From the IMG/VR virus record IMGVR_UViG_3300032102_000006: 64,000 nucleotides of DNA; one strand, written 5' to 3'. Each line of letters opens with the position of its first letter. Position 1 is the first letter of the stretch. This document shows positions 18,771-27,640 of this stretch, piece by piece. The stretch is from a virus. Below the pieces are notes generated by a model. It searched no databases and had not been told where the DNA came from. It worked only from the letters and a program-made list of their open reading frames with translations. The position numbers were made by a program, and so were the translations under genes.

Positions 18771-20636
18771 TTAAGCGTAAAATACTCGTGATGCAAGTAA
18801 AATGTAACCAGCATCTGTGTTTAATACTGTAAACGTATAAACGTCTGTTTTATTGTCACCTGATCCAGCAGTTACAGCGGTACCGTTAACCCAACGAGGT
18901 GTAACTGTAGTTCCGTTTACCATAAATTGTGTAGGTTTTTTCGTTCCCACGTTGTTTATAGTTAGTGCAAATGTCATCGACGTTCCAACTAAAAGAGCGC
19001 CAGTAGTAATGCTAACAAAGAAGTCACCGTTTGCACCCTGTGCATAATAGGATTGGGCTATTGAACCGTTTAGTGCCAACCAAGCTGATGCCACAATGTA
19101 TCCTACTTGATTAACAGCTTCTGTTGTATTAGCACCAATTCTCTTATTGCTTAAAGTGGATGAGGAAGTTGCAGTTATAAACGCAGATGTGTCCACTGCG
19201 CTACTAATTACACCAGTTGCACTATCATAACTAATACCAGTACCTGCGCTGATTGCTGCTCTTGCGTTTGTATCGGTGTATTGAGTTATAGACGATTCAA
19301 TAACACCAGTTGAAGTGTTATAACTAATACCAGTACCTGCACTGATTGCTGCTCTTGCATTAGCAGTTGTAAACTGTGTTATAGAACTGCTGATAACACC
19401 TGTTGAACTATTATAACTGATTCCTGTGCCAGCACTAAATGCTGCTCTTGCGTTGGCATTAGTGAAAAATTTATTTGTTGTACCACCTTGCAAATCGTCG
19501 GCTGTTACTGGTAGTGGATAATAATTAACACCATTATTTGTAAATGTCCACTTGTCTGTGCCTTCATCCCAAATAATCTTTGTGTTTGCGTCGTCACCGC
19601 GTTCAACTTCAATACCAGCGTTTTGTGTTGGAGCACCAGTTGTATCGCTGTTTAATGTTAGAATGTTATCTGCAATAGAAACATTATTTGATTCAACTGT
19701 AGTTGTTGTACCGCTAACTGTTAAATTACCCGCAACTACAACACCTGCACTAGTAACTGTAAGAGCGGTGCTACCATCAACACTAACTGTAACTGTACCA
19801 GTTCCAGTGTCTGTTACTGTTACGTTTGAGTTACCTTCTGAGATTTGACTAGTGCTAATCGCAGAAATTGCAGTATCAACATAACCTTTTGTCGCAGCAT
19901 CTGTACTAGAACCAGGTGTACCTACTCCGATTAATCTGTTTCCGTTTAATTCTACATCATCACCAAATTGTACTTTGATACCATCACTAGAAGTAATCCT
20001 CTTACCTGCTGTTAGTTGCAATGTACTATCTACTTGAACTGTAGTCGTAGATGAACCCAATTGCAACACACCATTACCTGTTGTATTGATACGAATATTC
20101 TGATCAGGGTCGGCTGTAAAGGTAATCGTACCGGAATTATCTTCTAGAACTTTTTGTCCGTTAACATATAATGAGCCTGGACCTACGTAAATATCTCGCC
20201 ACTGCTTATCAGGGCTACCCAAGTCATATGTAATATTGGCGCTAGGAACAATACTACCAGTAATGTCAATATTTCCAGTTAGTGTTAAACCTGCAAAAGT
20301 AGGTGCAGATGTTACCATCAGTGGTTGTGAGGTTCCAATTTTACCCGTAGCTTGATTGAATGTAACACCTGGAGATGCGCTAATAGCTGCTCTTGCTCGT
20401 GCCTGAGTGAAATATAAATTCGACCCTTCTGCAACGTCTGTTGTGCTAGCGATAGGACCAGAAGCACCGGCTACTGATTCTCCTATAGTGATAATTGATT
20501 CTTCAACACCGTCATACTTTTTAAAATAAATTTTTCCGTCATATGTGTTGATCGCAACTTCACCCAATGCTAGTTGACCGACAGTAGGAACTTTTCCAGG
20601 GACGCTACTGCGTTTTAGTGTAATTTGGTTTGCCAT
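18771..20636 (-). CDS. Second tail fibre, paralog of 15487-17721 with a different C-terminal tip
   Basis: Same Mtd_N-like start and the same ADNI.TLNSD.TG.PTQNAGIEVERGD block; no S74 domain. Confidence 0.85.
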   Translation of the reverse strand: MANQITLKRSSVPGKVPTVGQLALGEVAINTYDGKIYFKKYDGVEESIITIGESVAGASGPIASTTDVAEGSNLYFTQARARAAISASPGVTFNQATGKIGTSQPLMVTSAPTFAGLTLTGNIDITGSIVPSANITYDLGSPDKQWRDIYVGPGSLYVNGQKVLEDNSGTITFTADPDQNIRINTTGNGVLQLGSSTTTVQVDSTLQLTAGKRITSSDGIKVQFGDDVELNGNRLIGVGTPGSSTDAATKGYVDTAISAISTSQISEGNSNVTVTDTGTGTVTVSVDGSTALTVTSAGVVVAGNLTVSGTTTTVESNNVSIADNILTLNSDTTGAPTQNAGIEVERGDDANTKIIWDEGTDKWTFTNNGVNYYPLPVTADDLQGGTTNKFFTNANARAAFSAGTGISYNSSTGVISSSITQFTTANARAAISAGTGISYNTSTGVIESSITQYTDTNARAAISAGTGISYDSATGVISSAVDTSAFITATSSSTLSNKRIGANTTEAVNQVGYIVASAWLALNGSIAQSYYAQGANGDFFVSITTGALLVGTSMTFALTINNVGTKKPTQFMVNGTTVTPRWVNGTAVTAGSGDNKTDVYTFTVLNTDAGYILLASRVFYA

Positions 20637-20722
20637 AAGAGTATATACTCCAAAAAAATCAAACGTAGTGTTCGATGTTAATTATATTTATGCGATTTTC
20701 AACTTTAGTTATATATATGCAA

Positions 20723-21223
20723 TCAAAACTGGCCGCCATCGAGTGTTATATCTTCTACCTGTATATCTTGTATGTCCCCTGCATCATTTATTGTAACCAT
20801 TAATGTTTTAGAAGTACTACCATATAAACCGGAGATGTCAATGGATCCTATTCTATTTTCCATTACGAATGAAATATGTGTTACACCGAGCTGTACTACG
20901 CCTGGCGTTGTCATTATCCAGGAAGTTTTAGCAAAGACTCCACCCTCTTCTACATATACTTTGGCGCCGGCGGTGAGGTCTTCAGTGGAGTCTGCGTCCA
21001 ATGATCTTGTAAATTTGCTTACTACAGAATTCCAAACATAAATCCCATTTTGCGAGGGATCGGTCTGTCCTGCTAATAGTACCCTGTCCTTATTTTTTAA
21101 AGGAACTGAATCTATACTGTAGGTAGGTGATGTTAGATCTACATTCGATTTCGTCACTAAGCGGACACTATCCTTTGTATCTGAGCTTGCACTTACGAAT
21201 GGTTTTCCTCGAAATAATGGCAT
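20723..21223 (-). CDS. Virion/tail-associated protein
   Basis: DRVL..GQTD.SQNGIY...TR..DAD module seen in phage fibre proteins; ends LDGGQF; start ATG 21223. Confidence 0.65.
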   Translation of the reverse strand: MPLFRGKPFVSASSDTKDSVRLVTKSNVDLTSPTYSIDSVPLKNKDRVLLAGQTDPSQNGIYVWNSVVSKFTRSLDADSTEDLTAGAKVYVEEGGVFAKTSWIMTTPGVVQLGVTHISFVMENRIGSIDISGLYGSTSKTLMVTINDAGDIQDIQVEDITLDGGQF

Positions 21224-21254
21224 AATAGTTATTAAAGTATATTTATTTATACAG

Positions 21255-21279
21255 AAATGGGCCCCTAAGGGGCCCATTT
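21255..21279. terminator. Intrinsic terminator hairpin after giant fibre gene
   Basis: AAATGGGCCCC-TAA-GGGGCCCATTT. Confidence 0.8.
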
Positions 21280-21301
21280 TCAATAACGAAGTCTTATTAA
21301 A

Positions 21302-24300
21302 TTAATAAGTACCACCGTCTATATTACTTGTCTCATTTAGAACACCACTAGAACTTAGGCTAGAAGTTGGTGTAACTCTAATAAAGATGTAATCATTTGC
21401 TTCAGGAGGTGTATCAAATACAATACTAGATTCACCATCTATTGTTTGTAATGTATAAGAATATGTAGGAGCTTGCATCAAACCGTTGATGAATACTTGA
21501 GTATTATCAACACTTCCTACCTCTGTTCCTGTACTAAAGCTGGTTGTAACACCATCACCTATAGCATTGACGTTAATCGCAGCTATAGTTACAGATTGTG
21601 GTACAAATTTCTGTTGAGCGCTGCTCCAAACAAGTGCATAACCATCAGATAATGCTCCGTCCATTGCAACGTCAGCTAGTGCGCCCAAACCAGCAGCAGC
21701 AATACGTGCATCCGCTCTTGCATCGGTGTAGTAAAGATTTACTGCGCCTTCTGCAATTGCATCAGTGCTTGGTGTAACAAAAGTTAAAGCACCAGTACCG
21801 CTATTGTAGCTTAGGATATCGCTGTTATCAGTAGTCAATGTAATTGCACTACGAGCACGACCTTGAGTGAAGTACAAGTTTGCACTTCCTTCATCGATAT
21901 TGTCAGTGTCTAATACGACATCACTTTGTTGACCATTTACACTCCAAACAGCAGCTTGTGTGCTGATTGTGCCAGTAGCAGAATCGTAGCTGATGTTAGA
22001 ACCAGCCACTAGACTGCCACGAGCGCGGGCTGTTGTGAAGTACAAGTTAGAGCCTTCAGCGATTTCACCTGTATCAACGCTAGCTAGGTTGAATGTGAAC
22101 TGACCAGTTGCAGCATTGTAGTTTAATGCATCTGTGTTATCAGTTGTTAAACTTACTGCATTTCGTGCACGGCTGTTTGTGAAGTATAAGTGTGTGCTAC
22201 CTTCAACGATGCCATCACTGTCTGGTGTTGTGTAGCTGATAACACCGCTTGCGTTGTTATAGCTCAAATCACCACTTGCACTTACAGATTCACGAGCGCG
22301 GACTGTTGTAAAGTACTGGTTTGTAGTACCTTCAGCAACTTGGTCTGTATTTAAGTTATCAATACGTTGACCCAATGCAGTGTCAGCAGCAGTGCGAGCA
22401 GATGCTTCGCTATCTACATTGCTTTGTAATACACCTTCAGCAGCAGTAGCACGAGTTACTTCAGCAGCTAAATCGGCAGCAATAGCAGCATCAGCAGCTT
22501 GGCGGGCACTTGCTTCAGACGCAATTCCAGCAGTATGAACCGCATCAGCTGCAATACGTGCAGCTTGTTCTGCATCGATAGCTGTTTGCAGTGCGGCGTC
22601 TCCAGCTGTACGAGCAGTTGCTTCGGCTGTCACGCTTGCAGAAATCAATGTGTCAGCAGCGGCACGAGCAGCGGCTTCATCAACGATATCAGCAGCCAGG
22701 TCAGCTTCAACACCAGTTGCACGGCTTACTTCTGCTGCGAGATCTGCAATAATTGCGTTGTCTGCTGTTTGACGAGCAGTAGCTTCAGCAGCAACAGAAC
22801 CTGCAGAACCTGCAGAAATATTTGTAATTGCTTCTAACAAATCAGCGTCTGCATCTTGGAATGCAGATACAATTTCTGTTAGACTGTCAAGAGCAGCAGG
22901 ATCAACGTTGCTGATAATCGAATCAATCTGATTCTGTAAAGTAGTATCAGCAGCCTGACGAGCCGTTGCTTCTGCTGTTACAGCAGCAGCACGAGCTAAT
23001 TCTTCGGCTGTAATTGCGTCTTGCAATAGCCCTTCAGCTGTCGTTGCACGAGTTACTTCGTTGGCAATACTTGTGCTTAATGCAGTATCTGCGTTAGCAC
23101 GAGCAGTTGCTTCGGATGTAATAGCTGTTGCATTTGTTGCATCACCGGCAATACGGGCAGCTTCTTCGGCTGTGATTGCGGCTGTGTGAACTGCATCAGC
23201 GGCTGTGCGAGCTGTTTCTTCAGCTGTGATTGCAGCAGCATTTGCAACTTCAGCAGCAGTTGCGCGAGCAACTTCAGCAGCTAGGTCGTCTGCTATTGCA
23301 ACTTCAGCAGCAGTTGCGCGAGCAACTTCAGCAGCTAGATCAGTTGTTAGAACACCCTCAGCGGCAGTTGCGCGAGTTACTTCGTTGGAAATAGCTGTTG
23401 CATTTGTTGTATCACCTGCGATACGTGCTGTTTCTTCAGCAGAAATGTCAGCAGCCAATGCGGTTTCAGCAGCAGTTGCGCGAGTTACTTCTGCATCAAC
23501 GTCAGCTTGAGCGGCGTCTGCGGCGTCTTGAGCGGTAGTTACCGCAGTTGTCAATACACCTTCAGCAGCAGTAGCACGAGTTACTTCATCGGCGATAGCT
23601 GTTGCATTTGTTGCGTCACCTGCAATACGAGCAGCAGTTTCTGTATTGATATTACCTTGCAATGTAGTATCAGCAGCAGCACGAGCAGCAGCTTCGTCAT
23701 CTATATTACCCTGCAATGTAGTATCAGCAGCAGCACGAGCAGCAGCTTCTGCATTGTCTGCATTTGTGCGGGCAGTAGCTTCTGCGCTTACAGCATCAGT
23801 ACGAGCAGTTACTTCAGCAGCTAGGTCGTCTGCAATTGCCTGTTCAGCAGAAGTTGCGCGAGTTACTTCGTTAGCGATGCTTGTGCTTAGAGCAGTATCA
23901 GCATTTGTGCGAGCAGTTACTTCGGCAGCTAGGTCAGCAGCAAGAGTAGAATTGTTTCCACCCATAGACAACTCTAGAGCATCTATGTTTGCTTGTAATG
24001 TTGAACCTAAGTTAGTGATAGCGGCATTGATATCACCATCTGCATCCTGGAACGCAGAAACGATTTCTGTTAAGCTATCTAGAGCAGCAGCATCAGTGTT
24101 ACTTACGATGAAGTTAATCTGGCTCTGTAAGTTCGCATCAGCGTTCTGTCTTGCAGTTGCTTCTGTATCTAGGCTATTCTGTAAAGCAGCTTCGGCAGCA
24201 GTAGCGCGAGCAGTTTCGTCTGCAATGTCAACGACCAATGCAGCTTCGGCAGCAGTAGCACGGGTTACTTCTGCAGTGATATCACTTGCTAAACCAGTGT

Positions 24301-27300
24301 CAGCTAATGTACGAGCAGCAGCTTCTGCGTTGATGTTACTTTGTAATGTTGTATCAGCAGATTGGCGTGCAGTTGTTTCTGTAGCTAAATCGGTTGCAAA
24401 TGCGTTATCAGCGGCTGCACGAGTAGAAGCCTCATCGTTGATATTACCTTGCAATGTTGTTTCAGCAGCAGTTGCACGAGTTACTTCGGCGGCTAAATCA
24501 GCAGCAATTGCTTGTTCAGCAGCAGTTGCGCGGCTTACTTCTGCGTTGATTGCACTTAGGTTACTTGCGTCGCCGGCGGCACGGGCAGTAGCTTCAGCAC
24601 TTACAGCAGCGATACGAGCTGTTTCTTCAGCACTTACAGCAGCGATACGAGCTGTTTCTTCAGCTGTAATTGCGTTGCTTAGACCTTGTTCTGCGTTTGT
24701 TGCACGAGTCACTTCAGCAGTAATTGCAGAAGAATTTGTTGCATCACCGTCGATACGAGCCTGTGTTTCTGTGGCTAAATCAGCAGCAATTGCTTGTTCA
24801 GCGCCAGTGGCACGGGTTACTTCTGTTGCTAGGTTGGTAGCAATTGTACCTTCAGCGGCAGCGGCGCGAGTTGCTTCATCTGCAATATCACCAGCTAAGC
24901 CAGCTTCGGCAGCAGTAGCACGGGATACTTCAGCAGCAATAGCGTCTGCATTTACTGTGTCAGCAGCAGCTCTAGTTGTTGCTTCTGCAGTGATGTTTGC
25001 CTGTAGCAATGCATCGCCTGCAACGTGGTGTGCATGCTCCGTTGCAATGTCAGCAGCCAAAGCAGTTTCAGCAGCAGTTGCACGAGTCACTTCATTGGAA
25101 ATGGCTGTTGCATTTGTTGTATCAGCGGCTTGACGAGCAGTTGTTTCATCCGCAATCGCCTGAGAATGTATGCTATCAGCAGCGGCACGGGCGGTGGCTT
25201 CTAGTGCTAGTTGATCGCTCAACGCGCTTTCAGCAGCCATAGCACGGGCAACTTCATCTGCGATTGCTGTAGTCAACGCAGCGTCAGCGGCTATACGAGC
25301 AGCAGTTTCTGTAGCAACAGAACCTGCAGAACCTGCAGAAATGTTTGCAATTGTTTCTTGTAGCTGACCGTCTGCATCTTGGAATGCAGCAACGATTTCA
25401 GTTAAGCTATCTAATGCAGCAGGATCAACGTTACTTACTATAGAATCGATTTGATTCTGTAAGTTTGTATCGGCAGCAGCACGGGCAGTAGCTTCTGCTG
25501 TTACAGCGGCGATACGAGCAGCAGTTTCAGCAGCTAGGTCGGCAGCTAAGTCAGTTTCAGCGGCAGTTGCGCGGCTTACTTCTGCAGTTAGATCATTTGT
25601 TAGTACACCTTCAGCAGCAGTTGCACGAGTTACTTCGGCGGCTAAATCAGCAGCAATTGCTTGTTCAGCAGCAGTTGCGCGGCTTACTTCTGCGTTGATT
25701 GCACTTAGGTTACTTGCGTCACCATCAATACGATCTTGTGTTTCTGTAGCTAAATCAGCAGCAATTGCTTGTTCAGCGCCAGTAGCACGAGTTACTTCGT
25801 TAGAAATAGCGGTTGTGTGTGTAGTGTCTGCACTTATACGAGCAGAGGTTTCTGTAGCTAAATCAGCAGCAATTGCTTGTTCAGCGCCAGTAGCACGAGT
25901 TACTTCAGCAGCTAGATCAGTTGTTAGAACACCTTCAGCAGCAGTTGCACGAGTTGTTTCAGCAGCTATTGCGTTGGCATTTGTAGTATCGCCTGCGGCG
26001 CGAGCAGTAGCTTCGCTAGCCAAATTACCTGTTAATGTAGTTTCAGCAGCAGTAGCACGGGTTACTTCTGCGGCGATTGCACTAGCATTTGTAGTTTCAG
26101 CAGCAGTTGCGCGAATTACTTCTGCATCTAATGCATCTTGAACTGCGTCAACGGCAGCAGCATTTGCAGCTTGGGCGCGAGCGTCAGTATAGTACAAGTT
26201 AGCAGAACCTTCTGCTACATCGTCTGTAGTCGCAGCAGCCAAGTTAAAGTTAAAACCACCTGTAGCAGGATTATAACTTAAAACTGTCGGCTTGCTTGTT
26301 GTTAAACTTACTGCATCACGAGCTCTAGAGTCTGTGAAGTATAGGTTGTTGTTACCTTCGCTTACGCTGTCTGTTGTAGGAGCATTGAATGTTAGTACAC
26401 CAGTTGCAGAGCTGTAAGATAGTAAGTTAGTATCGCTACTTACAACAGAAACGCTTTGGCGTGCGCGGGCCTGTGTAAAGTACAAGTTTGCGTTACCTTC
26501 AGCGATGTCGTTTGTATCTAATTCCACTACACCAGTTTGGCCGTTGACACTTTCAACAGTAGCCAAGCTGCTGATGATACCTGTAGCAGGATCATAACTG
26601 ATATTTTGACCTGCACTTATAGAGTTGCGTGCTCTGTCAGTTGAGAAATATAGATTCACACCACCTTCAGATATTTTATCTGTTGTAGGAGTTGTGAATG
26701 TAAACTGGCCTGTGCTAGAACCGTAACTTAAGATTGTAGAATCATCGCTGCTTAAGCTCAAACTTTGACGAGCACGTAGTTGGCTGAAGTATAGGTTTGT
26801 ACTACCTTCTAAAATACCATCACTGCTTGGGTGTGTATAAACAAAACCACCTGTTAGTGGGTTGTAGCTTAGTACACTTGTGTTGTCGCTAGCTAGGCTA
26901 ACGGCTGCGCGAGCGCGAGCGTCTGTGTAGTATAAGTTCTGACCTTCTTGTACATCGTCAGTACTGTAGATCATTTGATCTAAAATAGCTTGATCAACAT
27001 ACTGCTTTGGTACAGCACTTAAATCACCAAGCGGATTACCACTTAGTATCAATTCACCTGTCATAGGTGTGCTGCCGTCTAAGGCAACTTTTGTAGCAAT
27101 ACTATTAGCTACGCTTGTAGCAAAATTTGGGTCATTGCTAATAGCCGCAGATAATTCATTTAATGTGTTTAAAAGATCTGGACTAGAATCGATCAATTCA
27201 GCAATAGCAGTGCGAACGAACGCTGTGCTTGCTAATTGGTTTGTGCTAGTAGACTGCGCCGCTGTTGGTGCGGTTGGTTGTCCACGTAGGTCTACGCTAT

Positions 27301-27337
27301 CGATAATAGAACTTGACCTTGCTTTAATTAAAGGCAT
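21302..27337 (-). CDS. Giant repetitive fibre protein (2011 aa) with Ala/Thr/Glu-rich coiled-coil stalk
   Basis: N-term GQPTAPTA..STNQLASTAFV fibre motif; 11 EG.NLY(F/Y)T..RAR-type repeats flanking E..RA.AAE repeats; C-term Ig-like domain ending IDGGTY. Confidence 0.85.
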   Translation of the reverse strand: MPLIKARSSSIIDSVDLRGQPTAPTAAQSTSTNQLASTAFVRTAIAELIDSSPDLLNTLNELSAAISNDPNFATSVANSIATKVALDGSTPMTGELILSGNPLGDLSAVPKQYVDQAILDQMIYSTDDVQEGQNLYYTDARARAAVSLASDNTSVLSYNPLTGGFVYTHPSSDGILEGSTNLYFSQLRARQSLSLSSDDSTILSYGSSTGQFTFTTPTTDKISEGGVNLYFSTDRARNSISAGQNISYDPATGIISSLATVESVNGQTGVVELDTNDIAEGNANLYFTQARARQSVSVVSSDTNLLSYSSATGVLTFNAPTTDSVSEGNNNLYFTDSRARDAVSLTTSKPTVLSYNPATGGFNFNLAAATTDDVAEGSANLYYTDARAQAANAAAVDAVQDALDAEVIRATAAETTNASAIAAEVTRATAAETTLTGNLASEATARAAGDTTNANAIAAETTRATAAEGVLTTDLAAEVTRATGAEQAIAADLATETSARISADTTHTTAISNEVTRATGAEQAIAADLATETQDRIDGDASNLSAINAEVSRATAAEQAIAADLAAEVTRATAAEGVLTNDLTAEVSRATAAETDLAADLAAETAARIAAVTAEATARAAADTNLQNQIDSIVSNVDPAALDSLTEIVAAFQDADGQLQETIANISAGSAGSVATETAARIAADAALTTAIADEVARAMAAESALSDQLALEATARAAADSIHSQAIADETTARQAADTTNATAISNEVTRATAAETALAADIATEHAHHVAGDALLQANITAEATTRAAADTVNADAIAAEVSRATAAEAGLAGDIADEATRAAAAEGTIATNLATEVTRATGAEQAIAADLATETQARIDGDATNSSAITAEVTRATNAEQGLSNAITAEETARIAAVSAEETARIAAVSAEATARAAGDASNLSAINAEVSRATAAEQAIAADLAAEVTRATAAETTLQGNINDEASTRAAADNAFATDLATETTARQSADTTLQSNINAEAAARTLADTGLASDITAEVTRATAAEAALVVDIADETARATAAEAALQNSLDTEATARQNADANLQSQINFIVSNTDAAALDSLTEIVSAFQDADGDINAAITNLGSTLQANIDALELSMGGNNSTLAADLAAEVTARTNADTALSTSIANEVTRATSAEQAIADDLAAEVTARTDAVSAEATARTNADNAEAAARAAADTTLQGNIDDEAAARAAADTTLQGNINTETAARIAGDATNATAIADEVTRATAAEGVLTTAVTTAQDAADAAQADVDAEVTRATAAETALAADISAEETARIAGDTTNATAISNEVTRATAAEGVLTTDLAAEVARATAAEVAIADDLAAEVARATAAEVANAAAITAEETARTAADAVHTAAITAEEAARIAGDATNATAITSEATARANADTALSTSIANEVTRATTAEGLLQDAITAEELARAAAVTAEATARQAADTTLQNQIDSIISNVDPAALDSLTEIVSAFQDADADLLEAITNISAGSAGSVAAEATARQTADNAIIADLAAEVSRATGVEADLAADIVDEAAARAAADTLISASVTAEATARTAGDAALQTAIDAEQAARIAADAVHTAGIASEASARQAADAAIAADLAAEVTRATAAEGVLQSNVDSEASARTAADTALGQRIDNLNTDQVAEGTTNQYFTTVRARESVSASGDLSYNNASGVISYTTPDSDGIVEGSTHLYFTNSRARNAVSLTTDNTDALNYNAATGQFTFNLASVDTGEIAEGSNLYFTTARARGSLVAGSNISYDSATGTISTQAAVWSVNGQQSDVVLDTDNIDEGSANLYFTQGRARSAITLTTDNSDILSYNSGTGALTFVTPSTDAIAEGAVNLYYTDARADARIAAAGLGALADVAMDGALSDGYALVWSSAQQKFVPQSVTIAAINVNAIGDGVTTSFSTGTEVGSVDNTQVFINGLMQAPTYSYTLQTIDGESSIVFDTPPEANDYIFIRVTPTSSLSSSGVLNETSNIDGGTY
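23242..23338. repeat. Tandem 54-bp-period (18-aa) repeat with 43 identical bp
   Basis: TTGCAACTTCAGCAGCAGTTGCGCGAGCAACTTCAGCAGCTAG at 23242-23284 and 23296-23338. Confidence 0.85.
24461..25720. repeat. 111-bp perfect direct repeat inside giant fibre gene (24461-24571 and 25610-25720)
   Basis: Compared base by base from TTCAGCAGCAGTTGCACGAG to GGTTACTTGCGTC. Confidence 0.85.
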
Positions 27338-27373
27338 ATTTTTATCCTAAATTATAATAATCTCTATTGAGAT

Positions 27374-27583
27374 TCATTGGGTCTGATTTGTGTCTGTACC
27401 CAAAGACTGTGCCAACTCACTCAGTGTGTTTATTAACACCGGAGCTCCGTTGACTAAATTGCTTATTTCTTGTTGCACCATTGTTGTGGTTGCAATCTGT
27501 GAAGAAGCTATTGTTGCCGAAGGCACGCCGCCCAAATGGACGCTGTCTATAATAGAACTTGACCTTAATTTAATTAATGGCAT
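27374..27583 (-). CDS. 69-aa mini-paralog of the giant fibre N-terminus
   Basis: MPLIKLRSSSIIDSVHLGG vs MPLIKARSSSIIDSVDLRG; strong GAGGAGG SD; stops after 69 codons. Confidence 0.75.
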   Translation of the reverse strand: MPLIKLRSSSIIDSVHLGGVPSATIASSQIATTTMVQQEISNLVNGAPVLINTLSELAQSLGTDTNQTQ

Positions 27584-27640
27584 TATTTCCTCCTCTGGCA
27601 TTTTAAGTTTGGATGCCGCCAACGTGAGAAACAATAATGT

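Noticed and set aside
15487-20636. Diversity-generating retroelement suggested by Mtd_N-like domains
   Set aside because: Mtd_N is only an N-terminal anchor; no reverse transcriptase and no TR/VR pair with adenine-specific mismatches seen in the window.
23646-25133. 495-aa + strand ORF (and other long antisense ORFs at 16013, 25695, 32539)
   Set aside because: Antisense shadows of Ala/Thr-rich or acidic genes; codon bias on the real strand suppresses stops on the opposite strand; no SD or promoter.
22400-26200. Regular nucleotide repeats resembling a CRISPR-like array
   Set aside because: Repeats are in frame, degenerate at third positions and encode coiled-coil units; no constant repeat-unique spacer pattern and no cas genes.
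27338-27373. Read-through fusion of the mini-paralog to the giant fibre (36-nt in-frame spacer)
   Set aside because: The spacer contains an in-frame TAG in addition to the TGA.
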